DNA of 64,000 nucleotides from Lama glama (taxonomy: Eukaryota). A program made the position numbers and the translations under genes. The notes under the pieces were generated by a model, which saw nothing but the letters and a program-made list of their open reading frames with translations, was not told the origin of the DNA and did not search any database. This document shows positions 37,331 through 51,532 of this stretch, piece by piece. Location: positions 23,686,001 to 23,750,000 of the forward strand of contig CM052818.1 of the NCBI GenBank assembly GCA_028534125.1. Direction: 5' to 3'. The stretch's first letter is position 1, and each line of letters starts with the position of its first letter.

Positions 37331-39309
37331 GAAAAGGCCTGGAAGCAACCTCATTAATAACATCCTTTTTCATTGCCAATCTTAATAAACACTTTAATAA
37401 GAGCTGAATATATAATGTCAACAAATGTTAAGTTGAATCTGTAAATATCATTCTTTTAAGGTCTTAGCAAGGGGTCTTTACATAATTGAAGACTTAATAT
37501 TCAGAAGTAATACGCTTTTCCTTTTTGCTTGATTGATTTTACCCTTAAAGGAAAATAAGGATTAATAGGTAGAAATTTGCTCTCTGGCGATTGATGAATT
37601 TGCTGAGTTTCCTTTCGTTGGGAGTGTTCAAGTCAAGTCTGACTCAAATTTATCAGCTTTTCAAAAGAAAGGGACCGTATAATGGAAGAGTTTGGAATAC
37701 TAGAGAACACCAACATTTCCTTCAGATACAAGATTCGAGTCTTTCATGGCTATTATCACAAATGCCTTTCTAATAACTCAGTGAATAAATTACAGGAGGT
37801 TACTTAGATAAAAGTAAATTTTATCTTACCTTACTAGCTCCTAACTTAGTGTTTACTTTGAAAACGTACATTTTTGGCTTCTGGTTGCACTGTTGTATTT
37901 GCAGTCAGTGGAAATACCTGCAAACACTTTGTAACTAAAACAAGTATATAAATGCTTAATAATAATAATAAATTGGGTTATTGCACAATTATAGCTGAAT
38001 GGGAAGTAAAAGGCATGGAAGTCCATTAATAGACCAAAATTAGATTTCTTATACTGTAATTGAATCCACCTTATTGTATCCCAAGTGCTCTCCCTGGCTT
38101 ACTTCTGAAAAAGAAGGATGAAAATTTTGTAGGCTGTAGTCTTTTGACAGTTCTTATTTAAACAGAGCTATGAATCAAATTCCATGTGGTGATGAGTCTC
38201 TCATTTTCTGATTGTTTTAAAGAAAGAGCCTGCAAAAATTATAATAGAAGTAAGCATAACAGAGCCAGATTATACTCACATTCTGTATGCAAACCCCAAG
38301 ATTTATCAGAATGACAATATTTGGGATTAGCAGGACTGTTTTTACCTTCTCAGTCATAAATATGATTGTTGAATAATTTCTGTCCCCCTCCCTGATAGAG
38401 GAGCTTAAAGTGATTCTGTACTGACGACTTCATCGTTAGCTTTCTAAAACCTCCTTTACTGCTGCTTTCCTTTTTCTTATTCTATGTAAATGTTGGTTTT
38501 CTACCTGCATGTAGAAATAAGCATGACATTAATCACAGCCTAATGAGCAACCAAACGATTTGAAAAAAAAAAAAAACCTTACTGAAGAAAAATATACTCA
38601 GTTGCTTGAACAGACCCAAATTTCCATATAAAGTAGCCTTATTTAAATATCACCACAAAGATGTGCTCTTTACAAGCTAAAAATGTCCATAAGGTTGCTG
38701 TGGTTTAGTTTATTTCCTTGATTTGAGGCACACTTAATGCCTATGTGAAATATGCCAAAGCTCAGTAGAAACGAATCTCTTTAGTATTTAAATACAACAA
38801 TTAATTTATGTTGTTATTTATTGGCCAATTATATTAGAAATTATAGTGCTTAGCAGAGGACAATCAGGTTTCCAAGAGCTGTAATTTTGCCTGCAGTGGG
38901 TAGGAGACAGACACAATCAGTGCTCACAGCAATAGCATATCCAGTGTCTCCCCCATCCTCTCCTAAATATATCCTAGGGTTTTATAAATAAGGAATGTGC
39001 TAAACTACACTTTCTCAAATTTTTCATTGGTGTTCAGTGATTTGAGTAATTTTTAATCTTCCTCCTCACTGCTTTTTCCCTTTCCCTTTGAGACTAGTAT
39101 GTATAATAACTTGAGTTTCTTAAGAGGCCTAGATTTTATTTCAATTGTTTTCCTAATGAACTTACAAAATATATTGCGCTTTTTACTTTAAGGAGCCCTA
39201 TGGGGGCAAAATATGATTATATGGGTTCTGAATCATCAAAAGTCAAACTGCATAAACCTTAAATGCAAACTGCATTATACTGATAAAAACGATGTACCAG
39301 TGACCTCTT

Positions 39310-40701
39310 ATTTATTAAAGTATAGTTGATTTATAATATTAGTTTCAGGTGTATAGCATAGTGATTCAGGATTATTACAGGTTATACTCTATTAAATGTT
39401 ATTACAAGATAATGGCCGTAATTCCCTGTGCTATACAGTAGACCCCTGTTGTTATCTATCTTATACATAGCAGTTTGTATCCCTTAATCCCATACTGCTA
39501 CCTTGCCCCTCCCCCTTCCCTCTCCCATCTGGTAATCACTAGTTTGTTTTCTCTATATATAAATCTGTTTCTGTTTTGCTATATACAGTCATTTGTAATT
39601 ATATTTTTAGACTCCACATATAAATTATATCATATAGTGCTTGTCTTTCTCTGACTTACTTCACCGAGCATAATATATTCTCTAAGTCTATCTACATTGC
39701 TGCAAATAGCAGAATTTTGTTCTTTTAATGGCTGAGTAATATTTCATATATTGATACATATATATACATCTCTCTCATCTTCTTTATCCATTTGTCTGTT
39801 AATGGACACTTGGGTTGCTTCCATATCTTGGCTATTATAAATGATGCTGTTATGAATATTGGGGTACAAGTATCTTTTCAAAATAATTTTCATTTTCCCC
39901 AGATATATACAGATCAGTGGAATTGCTGGATCATATGGTAATTCTGTTTTTAGTTTTTTCAGGAACCTTCATACTGTTTTCCATAGTGCCTGCACCAGTT
40001 TGTATTCCTACCAACAGTGTAGGAGGGTTCCTTTTTCTCCACATCCTTGCCTACATTTGTTATTCATAGACTTTTTAATGACAGCCATTCTGACAAGTGT
40101 GAGGTGGTATCTTGTTGTTTTGATTTACATTTCTCTCATAATTAGTGATGTTGAGCATCTTTTCATGTGCCTGTTGTCCATCTATATGTCTTCTTTGGAG
40201 AAAAGACTATTCATGTCTTCTGCCCATTTTTTGATTGGGTTGTTTTTTGATATTCAGTTATATGAGCTGTTGTATGTTTTGATACCAACTCCATGTTGGT
40301 CATATCATTTGCAAATATTTTCCTCCATTCCATTGGTTGTCTTTTCATTTTGTTAATGATTTCCTTTGCTGTGCAAATGCTTTTAAGCTTAATTGGGTCC
40401 CATTTAAAAATTTTTGCTTTTATTTCTTTTGCCTTGGGTGACTGATATAATATTGCTACAATTTGTGTGAAAGAGTGTTCTGCCTGTGTTTCCTTCTAGT
40501 AGTTTTATGGTTTCAGTTCTTATATTTAGGTCTGTATTTCATTTTGAGTTTATTTTGTATGTGACATGAGGAAATGGTCAAATCTCATTCTTTTACGTGT
40601 AACTGTTCAGTTTTCCCAGCACCACTTATTGAAGAGACTGTCAGTTCTCCATTGTTTATTCTTGCCTCCTTTGACATAGATTAATTAACCGTATGTGTGT
40701 G
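39310..40701 (-). mobile_element. 5'-truncated LINE-1 of intermediate age
   Basis: 3' end tttattaaagtatagttgatttata. ORF2 C-terminal antisense motifs. Possible decayed TSD (accagtgacctctt versus aacaataacgtctt). Confidence 0.93.
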
Positions 40702-42229
40702 AAACAATAACGTCTTGATTGTGTCTCAATCTATAGGAATCCTAATTACTCTTTAATATCCTATGCACGTAGTAACTCTTGTAAGAATTCTTCCCTGGTG
40801 TTTTATAGCCAGGAATCACCTTTTCCTCTCCCTGTTTAACTTCTATAGCATTATGTTTAGGTTGCTTTTATGGAATTTACCATATTCCCTCTTTTAGTAT
40901 AATTTTGAAACCAACTAGAAATTAGGGCTCATTGTATATTTGCCAGTAATGATCATCATAGTAAAGTAGCTCATATCTCTAAGATTCTGGAAGATTTCAA
41001 AATAATTTGCTTAAAATATGTGTCTTATATCATAGAGCTTTGGCACTTTCTAATTTATTTATTGTTATTTTGAGAGGTGAAGCAAGGGGAGATGGGATTT
41101 AAAGGAGAAGTTATCCTAGCCTATTTGGCACTTCTTCATGGGAAGGAGGGAGCAGGTGTAAAATGTGTCCATGTTTAAACAGCTTGAGGTAGGAAGATAC
41201 CACCACCACCAGGGGGACCCTGAGAGGTCCTATGAGCAATAGACCCGTAAGTAGAAGTGACATGGAGGACATTCTAATCACGCTTTACAATTCAGCTCTG
41301 ACTGGCCCTAATAAGGGGAAAGCTCACTCGCTTTCTGTGCCTTCGGAAGACCAGACCAGATAATAGGAAATGGGCTTATCTTACTTGAAGGCATGGCTGT
41401 GTTGGTTGGACATAAGAAAAACTCTTCTCTGTGTGAGTGCGCATCAAAATGGGACAATGGAAGAAGTTCTGATTTTTTACATTCATGTGCCTTTAAGAAA
41501 GAAATCGTAAAATATTCTCTGGATTGTTTAATGTCTTTACAATTCCTTAGCACAGAGGATAGCATTGGACAGTTTTAAAACTTCTTTTTCAGATGTCTAA
41601 TTTTACAAGGAAGAACAAAGTCATAACCTTAGGAGAATGAATTTCTCTTTTGGATGTATATGAAGGCTTTGTATTTAGGAAATCACTGTTAAGTGCTGGC
41701 ATTAATCATTTAGGCAGTATGTGGGTCAGAGGCTTAAAGTGATCTTAACTTCAATCCTCATTTGCCTGTAGGATGAATGACAGAAAAATGATACTAATGT
41801 CAGAGCCACCTGAATACCTAGAAACACATGTACTACCGATCTGTCAGTCATTCCCCATGTCAGGCTAGGCTGGTGGAAAGAGAGGTACATATTTTGTTGA
41901 CTATGGTAACTTGAATACAGTGACCTGATGTCAGCCTGATCCCATCATGATACTATGTGATGACATCCATGAATTGAGGCCTCTGTCACCCTGTTTTTCA
42001 TTTTTCCCCATTCTTTCTATCTTCTCTGATCCCTCTCCTCTTTTCTTTCAACAAATGTTGAATAACTTCTCAAGTCATGATGTAAAATGTGCCTTAGAAA
42101 TATACTGGAAATCATGTGCAGTCCTTTTCTTTGTGGAGCAAAATGTCAGGGTTAGAACCATCCATGCTACTATCTCTAAATGGTCTAATCTAGAATTGGG
42201 CCCTTAGTAATGAAAGAGCTATATATTTT

Positions 42230-42430
42230 TTTTGCATGCTTTCCATATACCAAGGTCTTTACATATCAGTTAATTTTCTGAACAGCACTATGAAATAGAA
42301 CTTACCTTCCTTGTGTTTAGAGAAGGAGATTAAAGCTTAGGGAGGTTAAATAACTTACCCAGTATTTCATAGTTTAGAGGCTTTTAAACCTGAGCTTTAG
42401 ACTTTGTTCAGCTTGCCCTCAAAGAATATG
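42230..42430 (-). mobile_element. MIR
   Basis: gcttagggaggttaaataacttaccca core. Confidence 0.55.
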
Positions 42431-42734
42431 CCTTTAATATAATGCTGCCTCTCAGATGTTGTTTCATTATCTCAGATTTTGTTTTCATAATAGTATTAAA
42501 GATGAAGCATATTGCCAGGTCCATATTTAATTGGGAGTTTGGATGTATGTTTAGAGAAAGAGAAAAATGGAGATAGGAAAGGAAAAGTTACCAACAATTT
42601 CTTGTGTATTATCTCATTTGACTATGACCATGTTTCTACTTATACCGGGAACTTTGTCTTGCTCACGTCTACTACCCCATTATTTAGAATGCAATGCGTG
42701 TATGTTGAACGGGTAAATTAATGAGAAAGAGATC

Positions 42735-42860
42735 TATGAGAATAGGTATCATTCTCATTTTGCAGTTGAGAAAACTGAGGTTTAGAAAAGTTTAAAAATT
42801 TGCCTAAAAATCACACTGCTAGTAAGTGGCAGAACAGGAATTTTGACTCAGATCTATGAA
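42735..42860 (-). mobile_element. MIR
   Basis: cattttgcagttgagaaaactgaggtttagaaaagtt..tcacactgctagtaagtggcaga. Confidence 0.75.
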
Positions 42861-44946
42861 AGTCCAACATTTTGCTATTGATCATTAGATAATAGCATTT
42901 TTCCCCAAAACACCATTGCTTTAGAGACTTCAGACTGACACTGATTTTACAGCAAATGAAAAATAACGTGACATTTTAAATGCTTTTCCCAATATCAGTC
43001 TAAAACAGCACTATTCAGAATGCCGGGTGGAACTGATTTGTTTCCCAGTTCCCACTGGGATAAGCAGTTTCGGCCAGATGGAAATTATCTGCATCACCAA
43101 GTACTCTGTCTTGTACAGCCGACATCTTTTCATAACTAGACTTTCTTTACTAAGGAGCCACTACGTTGATTCACAGTCAGGTACAAGCTCCTTATCTCAT
43201 TAGTATGGACTGGGAACAGTGGTCCAAAGACAGGCACAGATCCTGGCTCATACTGTTCAGTTCTCCTGATTGGATCATGGGACCCATCCTCAATTCACTG
43301 ATCCAGAATATGGAGATGATCTGCATGTGCATAAAATTTTGAGAAGTATTTCTATAGAGGACGTTTTCAAGTGCAATTTAACATCAGGCAAAAGCTACCA
43401 AAAGATTTTTATATCTTCTTTCTTGACACCTCACATTTGGGTATAGTCTTTGAAGATGTTCAATAAATGATGACAGGTGAATGATGTTTTAAAATATGAA
43501 AGAATTTCATATACATAAACTATTTTGATTCTCAAAATGATCCTGTGTTATCATTTTTATTACACATTTGAAGTAATTTAGGCTTAAAAGAGTAAGAACT
43601 TGCCCCAAACCAAGCTAGTAAATTGTACAATAAGAACTTATTCTTAGCTTTTCATGGCCCATCTTTCCAATTAATTCCTTTTGATTTTTTTCTGTTCTCT
43701 TCCACTAGGAATGGGAGAGGTTCACCACAGTAGATATCCAATATGAGTGTGTTGAGGAGGAAAGTACAGATTTGACTTCACAATGTGTCCCATGAAATAT
43801 TTATACAATTTTTATTGCCATATTTTGAATTATACACAACTGCATATATATTCACTTTGTGAGACATGCAATAGAAGTGCTATAATTTTCAAAATTTCAA
43901 AGTCTAACCTTTGCTCAGGGGACAGAGAAAAATATGAGCTCAATTATGTTGCAAATGAACATCTTGCAACATAGAAACATCCCAAAGCACATTACATCAC
44001 AATGGTCTAATAAAAAATAATTAAAACAAGGAAATAAACTGTCACAACTACCAAAATGTACCCAAGAGCCGATTAAAAGGATGTAAATGAGATTCTCCTG
44101 AGAGAAATGTGCTGAGTCGGGCACTTGCAGGTCATTTTCCTAGATGGTGAAGTCTATAATGAAGGTAAAATTTGAATGAGAGACTGGTTTAGACTTCACA
44201 GTATTGAAGACCATTTGCTGATCTTGGTTTAAAAAAATTTTATGTCATCTGTTTCTCATTCTGTGTATGGAATGAAACAAAACCCAGTGTGTCAAAGGAT
44301 GTCACTGATTATTTAGTAATTCAGTTCTGCATATGAGAGGCAATTATGAGGACATTTAATAGGCACTTTTTCATTCTTGTCATTCATCACAAACGTTCAC
44401 AGTGAAATCAGCATGTGGGGAAGAATCAAAAACCCAAACTGTCATAGATGTTCCTCAAATAAGAAAATCCTAACCTTATACTGTGGCAATTATATGTATT
44501 TTTGAGAGCACCACTGACAAACTAAATCTTTCGGGTGTATTTGGGTATAAATTTGATTGAGTTAGAGCTGCTATTCTCCACTAACTAGAAACACTGTGGA
44601 GTTGGACACAACAGCCATAGAAATGCAAAGAACACAAGGGACATCACCCAGAGAATGAATTATCAGAATTACTGCATGCAAAGTGACAGTCATATATTGT
44701 GGTGACTTTTCTGTAAGTCACAGGGGATCCAAAGCACACAGCCAGGCTCAGACAGGCTTCTGGATGGTTGGGAGCAGAGCTGAATGGGCCAGATTGTTTT
44801 CCTTGAGTATCACTCCTGTTACCATTGAAGGCCTGGGAGAAGTTACAGTATTGAAAAGTAGAGTGGTATGCAAAAGCTTGCATTTCCCCCTGTTTGGTGT
44901 ACTGATAATGACAGCAAGAGGTAAGCGTTTCAGGTAAGAGGCATCC

Positions 44947-47466
44947 TATTGAGCATTTTTTCGTGTGCCTATTGGCCATTTGTATGTCTTCATTGGAAAA
45001 TTGCTTGTTTAGGTCTTCTGCCCATTTGTGGATTTTTTTTTCTTATTAAGTTGTATGAGCTGTTTATATATTCTGGAAATTAAGCCCTTGTCAGTCTCAT
45101 CTTTTGCAAAGGTTTTCTCCCATTCCGTAGGTTGTCTTTTTGTTTTGCTTATGGTTTCCTTTGCTGTGCAAAAGCTTATGTTTAATTAATCCCATTTGTT
45201 TATTTTTGCTTTTATTTCTATTTCGCCTGAGTAGACTACCCTAGGAGAACATTGCTGAGATGTATGTCAGAGAATGTTTTGCCTGTCTTCTTCTAAGAGG
45301 TTTACAGTGTCTTGTCTTATGTTTAAGTCTTTAAGGTATTTTGAATTTATTTTGTGTATGGAGTGAGGGACTGTTCTAGCTTCATTGATTTACATGCTGC
45401 TGTCTAGTTTCCTCAACACCACTCGCTGAAGAGACTGTCTTTTCTCCATTGTATATTCTTGCCGCCTTTGTCGAACATTAATTGACCAAAAGTTCCTGGG
45501 TTCATTTCTGGGCTCTCTGTTGTGTTCCATTGATCCATATGTCTGTTTTTATGCCAGTACCACGCTGTTTTGATTACTGGAGCTCTGTAGTATCATTTGA
45601 AGTCTGAGAGGGTTATTCTTCCAGCTTCGTTCTTTTTCTTCAGTTTTGCTTTGACAATTCTGGGTATTTTGTGATTCTATGTAAATTTTAGGATTATTTG
45701 CTCTAGTTCTGCGAAAAATGACCTCGGTAATTTGATAGGGATCACATTAAATCTGTAGATTGCTTTGGGTAATATGACCATTTTAACAATATTAATTCTT
45801 CCAATCCAAGAACATGGGATATCTTTCCATTTCTTTAAGTCATCTTTAATTTCCTTAGTCAATGTTTTATAGTTCCCCACATATAAGTCTTTCACTTCCT
45901 CGGTCAGATTTATTCCTAAGTATTTTATTTTTTTGGTTACAATTTTAAAAGGGATAGTTTCTTTACTATCCCTTTTCTGATATTTCATTGTTACTGTAAA
46001 GAAATGCAGCTGATTTTTGTACGTTAATTTTGTATCCTGTTACCGTTCCAAATTCTTTTATCAGCTCTGGTAGTTTTTGTGTGGAGCCTTTAGAGTTTTC
46101 TATATATAGTATTATGTCATCTACATATAATGACAGTTTTTATCTCTTCTCTTCCAATTTGGATCTCTTTTATTTCTTTTTCTTGTCTAATGTCTATGGT
46201 AGGACTTCCAATATGATATTGAATAGAAATGATGAGAGTGGGCATCCTTGTGTTGTTCCAGATCTGAGCAGGAAGGCTTTCAACTTTTCACCTTTGAGTG
46301 TTATGCTGGTAGGTTTGTCATAAATAGCTTCTATTATGTTGAAATATGTCCCTCTATACCCACTTTGGTTAGAGTCTTTTTTTTTTTATCATAAATGGGT
46401 GTTGAATTTTATCAAGTGCTTTTTCTGCATCTATTGAGATGATCATATGATTTTCGTCCATTCTCTTGTTGATGTGGTGTAGCATGTTGATTAATTTGTG
46501 TATGTTGAACCATCCTTCTGTCCCTGGGATGAACCCAAATTGATCATGGTGTAGAATCTTTTTGTGTGTGTGTGTTGTTGGAAAAAATGCTCAATATTGC
46601 TAATTATCAGAGAAATGCAAATCAAAACTACAATGAGGTATCACCTCACACCAGTCAAAATGGCCATCATTTAAAAGTCCACAAATAATAAATGCTGGAG
46701 AGGGTATGGAGAAAAGGGAACCCTCCTGCACTGTTGGTGGGAATGTAGTTTGGTACAGCCGTTACGGAAAACAGTATGGAGATTCTTCAAAAGACTAAAA
46801 ATAGACTTACCATATGATCCAGCAATCCCACTCCTGGGCAAATATCCAGAGGGAACCTTAATTTAGAAAGATACGTGCACCCCAATGTTCATAGCGGCAC
46901 TATTTACAATAGCCATGACATGGAAACAACCTAAATGTCCATCAACAAAGGACTGGATAAAGAAGTTGCAGTATATTTAGACAATGGAATAGTACTCATC
47001 CATAAAAAGAATAAAATAATGCCATTTGTAGCAACATGGATGGACCTGGAGATTGTCATACTAAGTGAAGTAAACCAGAAAGAGAAAGAAAAATACTCTA
47101 TGATATCACTTATACATGGAATCTAAAAAAATAGACAAATGAACTTATTTACAAAACAGAAACAGACTCACAGACATAAAAAACAAACTTATGGTTACTA
47201 GGGGTGAAGGGGGTGAGAAGGGACAAATTGGGAGTTTGAGATTTGCAGGTACTAATACATATAAAATAGATAAACAAGAAGTTCACATTGTATAGCACAG
47301 GGAACTATATTCAATATCCTGTAATAGCTTACAGTGAAAAAGAATATGAAAACAAATGTATGTATATTCATATATGATTGAAGCACTGTGCTGTACACCA
47401 GAAACTGACACAGCATTGTGAGCTGACTATATGTCAATAAAAATATATATAAATACACACACACAA
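44947..47466 (+). mobile_element. Young LINE-1 with 5' inversion (inverted 44947-46582, sense 46581-47466)
   Basis: 14-bp TSD AAGAGGCATCCTAT at 44936-44949 and 47467-47480. Minus-strand ORF2 fragment 45677..45988. Plus-strand ORF2 end at 46935..47126. Confidence 0.95.
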
Positions 47467-48559
47467 AAGAGGCATCCTATGTGTATGAGGGGATGACTGG
47501 CAGCCCTAAGAGCCAAAATAATATAAATGATTATTGATATTTATCCTTGTCCATGAAATGTGGGAGAAGATTTACTTAAATTATTTCTTTGTACAAAGTC
47601 TTTGAAGTAGGTAATGTTTTAGATATACAGATAAAATAAATACTGTTTATAATACCCACCTATAAATAGAACTAAGATTTGAGTCGCTGGAAGAATAGTT
47701 GATCTCAAAGTTCAGTAACTTCTTTATTTTTCTCCTCTTCTACATGAAGATATGCTACTAGCAAAGTACTGAACATACACTGAGTCACTTTTCTGGATTT
47801 TTTTGTTCAATCATCTTTGACTTCCCAAATGGACCTGGGAATCACTAGCCGAAGTTAAGGTACAGACTGTGGCATAGAAGGGAACAAAGCAAATGAACTT
47901 CTGCAGGGACTGAATTGAAAACCTTTGCATGGTTCTTGCTGTCCTCCTCCCTCATACTGACCATTTAGCACTTCCAAAGGCTGGTACCCTGGATGCCAGC
48001 TCCTTTTTCCTCCCCTTCAGCATCCTCATTGGAACTATCGTTCGACTCTTTAGAGTCAGTTAATCTGGTCGATTCTTTTCCCCACCATCTATAAAAATAA
48101 AATAGTGGCATTGATTTCCTTCATGGGTCATTAGGAGAAATGAATTTGAAATTAAGAACAAAGTATATTCCCTACAAGGAGGATTTGTGGGAAAAAATAG
48201 AATGGTGCTGTTTCCTTAAATTGTATGCAGGAAACACATCTGTATGGTGTGATTAATTTATACTTGTTGCTGTCTTGGAGTTTTGTTTGGTGGCTTATAG
48301 ACATAGTATTCACATAACCAGAATCCCCTGGTAGAACTATATTTCTTAATCCTTTTACTAGACAGGATGGAGTCTGTAAAATTGACACAGGTAATCTTTT
48401 TTGTTCAGGTATGTCATCATCTGGGAAATAGGCTGTAAAGACTTCTATCCAGTCTGTCTGCCATTCAATATGCAGTTAGGTGCCTTATTCACCAACCCAT
48501 CTATAAAATTTGATATTCTAAGAATAGTTTATGTTATTACCATTAACTAGTTTATCTCA

Positions 48560-48675
48560 AATATATATATATGTATATATGTATACATATACATATATAT
48601 ACACATTCAATATATAGAGAATATATAGAAGATATATATATATATGGAGAGAGAGAGAAGAGGGAGGAGGAAGAA
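48560..48675. repeat. (TA)n/(GA)n low-complexity repeat
   Basis: Seen directly in the sequence. Confidence 0.85.
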
Positions 48676-49009
48676 TACATAGATTATATGTATTTCTTAG
48701 AAAAGACTGATTATGCAAAGGCAGCCTACCACAGAAGTACTTTACATATTGGCAGAATGTGTAAAAGGAAAAAAAAAGGCAAATTTGACATCCATCAATT
48801 TCAGTAAAAATGTATCAGTTCCAAATACCAAATAGTAACAGTAATAAAAAAATTGAGCTAGTATGGAAGTAATTCTCAAGTACTTTTTCCTGATATAAAC
48901 ATAAAGAACTGTCTCGTATTTATTATCCCAAATCACTCTGAGCTACTTTATCTTGGGCAGCTAAGCCAATTAGAAACTTGCAATAAAAAATTCATATGCA
49001 TATACTTTA

Positions 49010-49370
49010 AAAAATTATTTTTATCGGGGTAACATTGGCTTATAACACTATATAAGTTTCATGTGTACATTATATTTTTACTTCTGTATGCACTGCTCAC
49101 TAAAGTTTAGTTTCCATCCCACACCAAACAGTTGATCCCCTTTACCCATTTTGCCTTTCTGCCCACCACCTCCTACCCCTTTTCCACTGGTAACCATTAC
49201 TTTGTTAGTATCTAGCGTTTGTCTTTGTTTGGTTTGTTTGTGTATTTATTTTGTTTGTTTGTTTTTATGTTTCACATATGGGTGAAATCAGATGGTATTT
49301 GTCTTTCTTTGTTGGAATTATTTCACCTAGAATAATATCCTCCAGTCCATCCATGTGGTCGCAGATAGCA
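49010..49370 (-). mobile_element. Short L1 3' end
   Basis: ggcttataacactatataagtttcatgtgtaca..ctggtaaccattac..ttcacatatgggtgaaatca..ccatccatgtggtcgca. Confidence 0.85.
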
Positions 49371-49729
49371 TGGCGTGCTACTCAGCCAAGGAAGATTCAG
49401 ATGTATCTTGGAAAAAACTCAAAGATACAAGGTCTTACCATGAGGTGTACTAGCCAAACTAGATTTGTTTTTTAAAAACAAGAATAAAAACAAAAACTCC
49501 TACTTTAAACATCAATCACATTTTGTTCAGTCTTCTTATGCAATGCAAAATGCTATGTAGAATACAGAAAATATTTTGAATCTGTTAAGACTTTATAGCA
49601 GATCACTGAATAGATTTTCAGAGTTTGGTTGTAAATTGCAAATTAAGCAAAACTAAGGATGGGAACCAGAAGGTTCTATGCTAGTTACAACAAATGAATG
49701 GTTTCTTTCTTACTATCATAGCCATGGAG

Positions 49730-50760
49730 AATGGAGATCATTGCATACAGAACATTTATCAAGATAGAGTATGTGCTGGGCAACAAAATACGTCTCAAGA
49801 AGTTTCAAACGATCAGAATCATGACAAGTTTATTCTCTAGCCACAGCAGAATTAAATTAGACTAAATAAAAATGAGATGCCTAGAAAATCCTCAAGATGT
49901 TTTAGAAATTAGACAGCACACTTCTAAATAATCCCTGGGTCAAAAAGAAATTACAAGAGGATTTAGAAAATATTTTAATCTCAATCACATGAAAATAATA
50001 TATACCAAATTTTGTGGGATGTGGTTAAAACAACGCTTAGAGGAAAATATGTACCTTTAAATGCATATCTTAGGGATGATTTTTATACTTCAGTGACATA
50101 AACTTTTACCTTAAGAAATAAATAAAGAAGAGCATGTTAAAGCCAAGTAAGGAGATAAAAGAAATAATACAAATTAGACTAGAAGCCCATGATAGAGAAA
50201 ATGGAAAAGAAAAAGAACATCAACAAAGTCAAAGCTGGTTCTTAAAAAGATTATTAAAATTGACGAACTTCTAGCCAGATGGATCAAGAAAAGAGAAAAA
50301 AGCTGAATCATCAACAGCGGGAAAATATCATTCATATATTAATGTATATTATTAAATTGCATTCAAGCTGTTGAGCACGGATAACTGTTGGTGGGGAGTC
50401 TACTTGGTACAATCCTTCTCACATAAAATTTGGCAGCACAACTCAAGTGCCCTCAAATTGTTCATATTCTTTGTGTCAGAAATGCAACGTTTAGGATTGT
50501 ATATGGAGGAAAACATGAGATATGGGGTCAAAGATTGATGTGTGAAGTTGGGCATTATATCATCATTTATGTTGGGCAAAAAAAGATACGTACCTAGTAT
50601 TCCCGTAATAACTGAATAGTTAGACTCTGGTGCATCTATGGGATGAATGTCATTTGGCCATTACAAACCATTATTTTCAGTATTTATCCAATGACATTTT
50701 CATGTTCATTTTATATGGTTTAATTTAAAACTAGAATATAAAACTACATATGTAGTATTC
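49730..50760 (+). mobile_element. Old L1 fragments (ORF2 endonuclease region, then L1ME-like 3' part)
   Basis: gaacatttatcaagataga..tgctggg..cacttctaaataatccctgggtcaaa..caacaaagtcaaagctggttc. Confidence 0.8.
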
Positions 50761-51088
50761 AAATTTTTTATAGAGAAAAAAGTGGTGTGTGTGTATCCCC
50801 TGGAAGTTATGCTATTTTTCTTTTGTTGTAGATAAAATATAAATATAATTTAAAGAGAAGATGCATGTTCTGTGCTGAAGGAATAGAAGTTCTCATATAC
50901 TGAGGGAAAAGGAAAATGTGCATTGAGATGTAGAGGGGAACTTTGAACAAATAAAAGTCAGGAGGACAGGATGAGGTCCTTAAGTAGAAGCTAGGCTGTG
51001 TCAGAAGAAGAGAGGTAGGTGAACAAAGAAAGTTATGACATTATTTAACAAACTCAGTGTTGTTCTCAAATCAATTCTTTTACTTCCT

Positions 51089-51532
51089 GAATTATTTCCT
51101 AGCACTGGCATAACACATTACCACCATCTGGGTAGTTTTAAACAACGGTCGTTCTCTCACAGTTCAGAAGGCCCAAAGTCCAAACTCCAGATATGGGCAA
51201 GGCTGCTTTCTTCTGGGGGCACTGAGGGAGAAACTGTGTCGTGCTCTTCTCCTTGCTTCCAGTGGCTGCTGGCAGTTCTTGGTGCTCCCCAGCTCGTAGC
51301 TGCGTCCCTCTAATCCCTGCCTCCATTGTCTTCCCTGTGTGTCCTCTCCACCTCTTAAACGTACACCAGTCATTAGATTAGGACTCACCCTAATCCATTT
51401 TAACTTAACCTCATCTTAATTTAACTAATTGCATTTGCAAAAACGCTATTTCCAATAAAGTCACATTCTAAGGCACTTTCCAAAGCACTGGATGGACGTG
51501 TATTTTGTGGGGACACTGTTCAACCTAATATA
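51089..51532 (-). mobile_element. MaLR LTR (MLT1B/C-like)
   Basis: acattaccac..ttctctcacagttc..caccagtcattagattaggactcaccctaatcca..ggggacactgttcaacc. Confidence 0.85.

Noticed and set aside
41307..41316. CArG box CCTAATAAGG
   Set aside because: Several are expected by chance in 64 kb of AT-rich DNA.
41958..42029. Box C (GTGATGA) and box D (CTGA) at snoRNA-like spacing; similar pattern near 37590
   Set aside because: No terminal stem and no recognisable guide sequence.
44683..44940. 84-aa ORF ending at two GTAAG donor-like sites
   Set aside because: No recognisable homology or acceptor, and the second site overlaps the L1 TSD.
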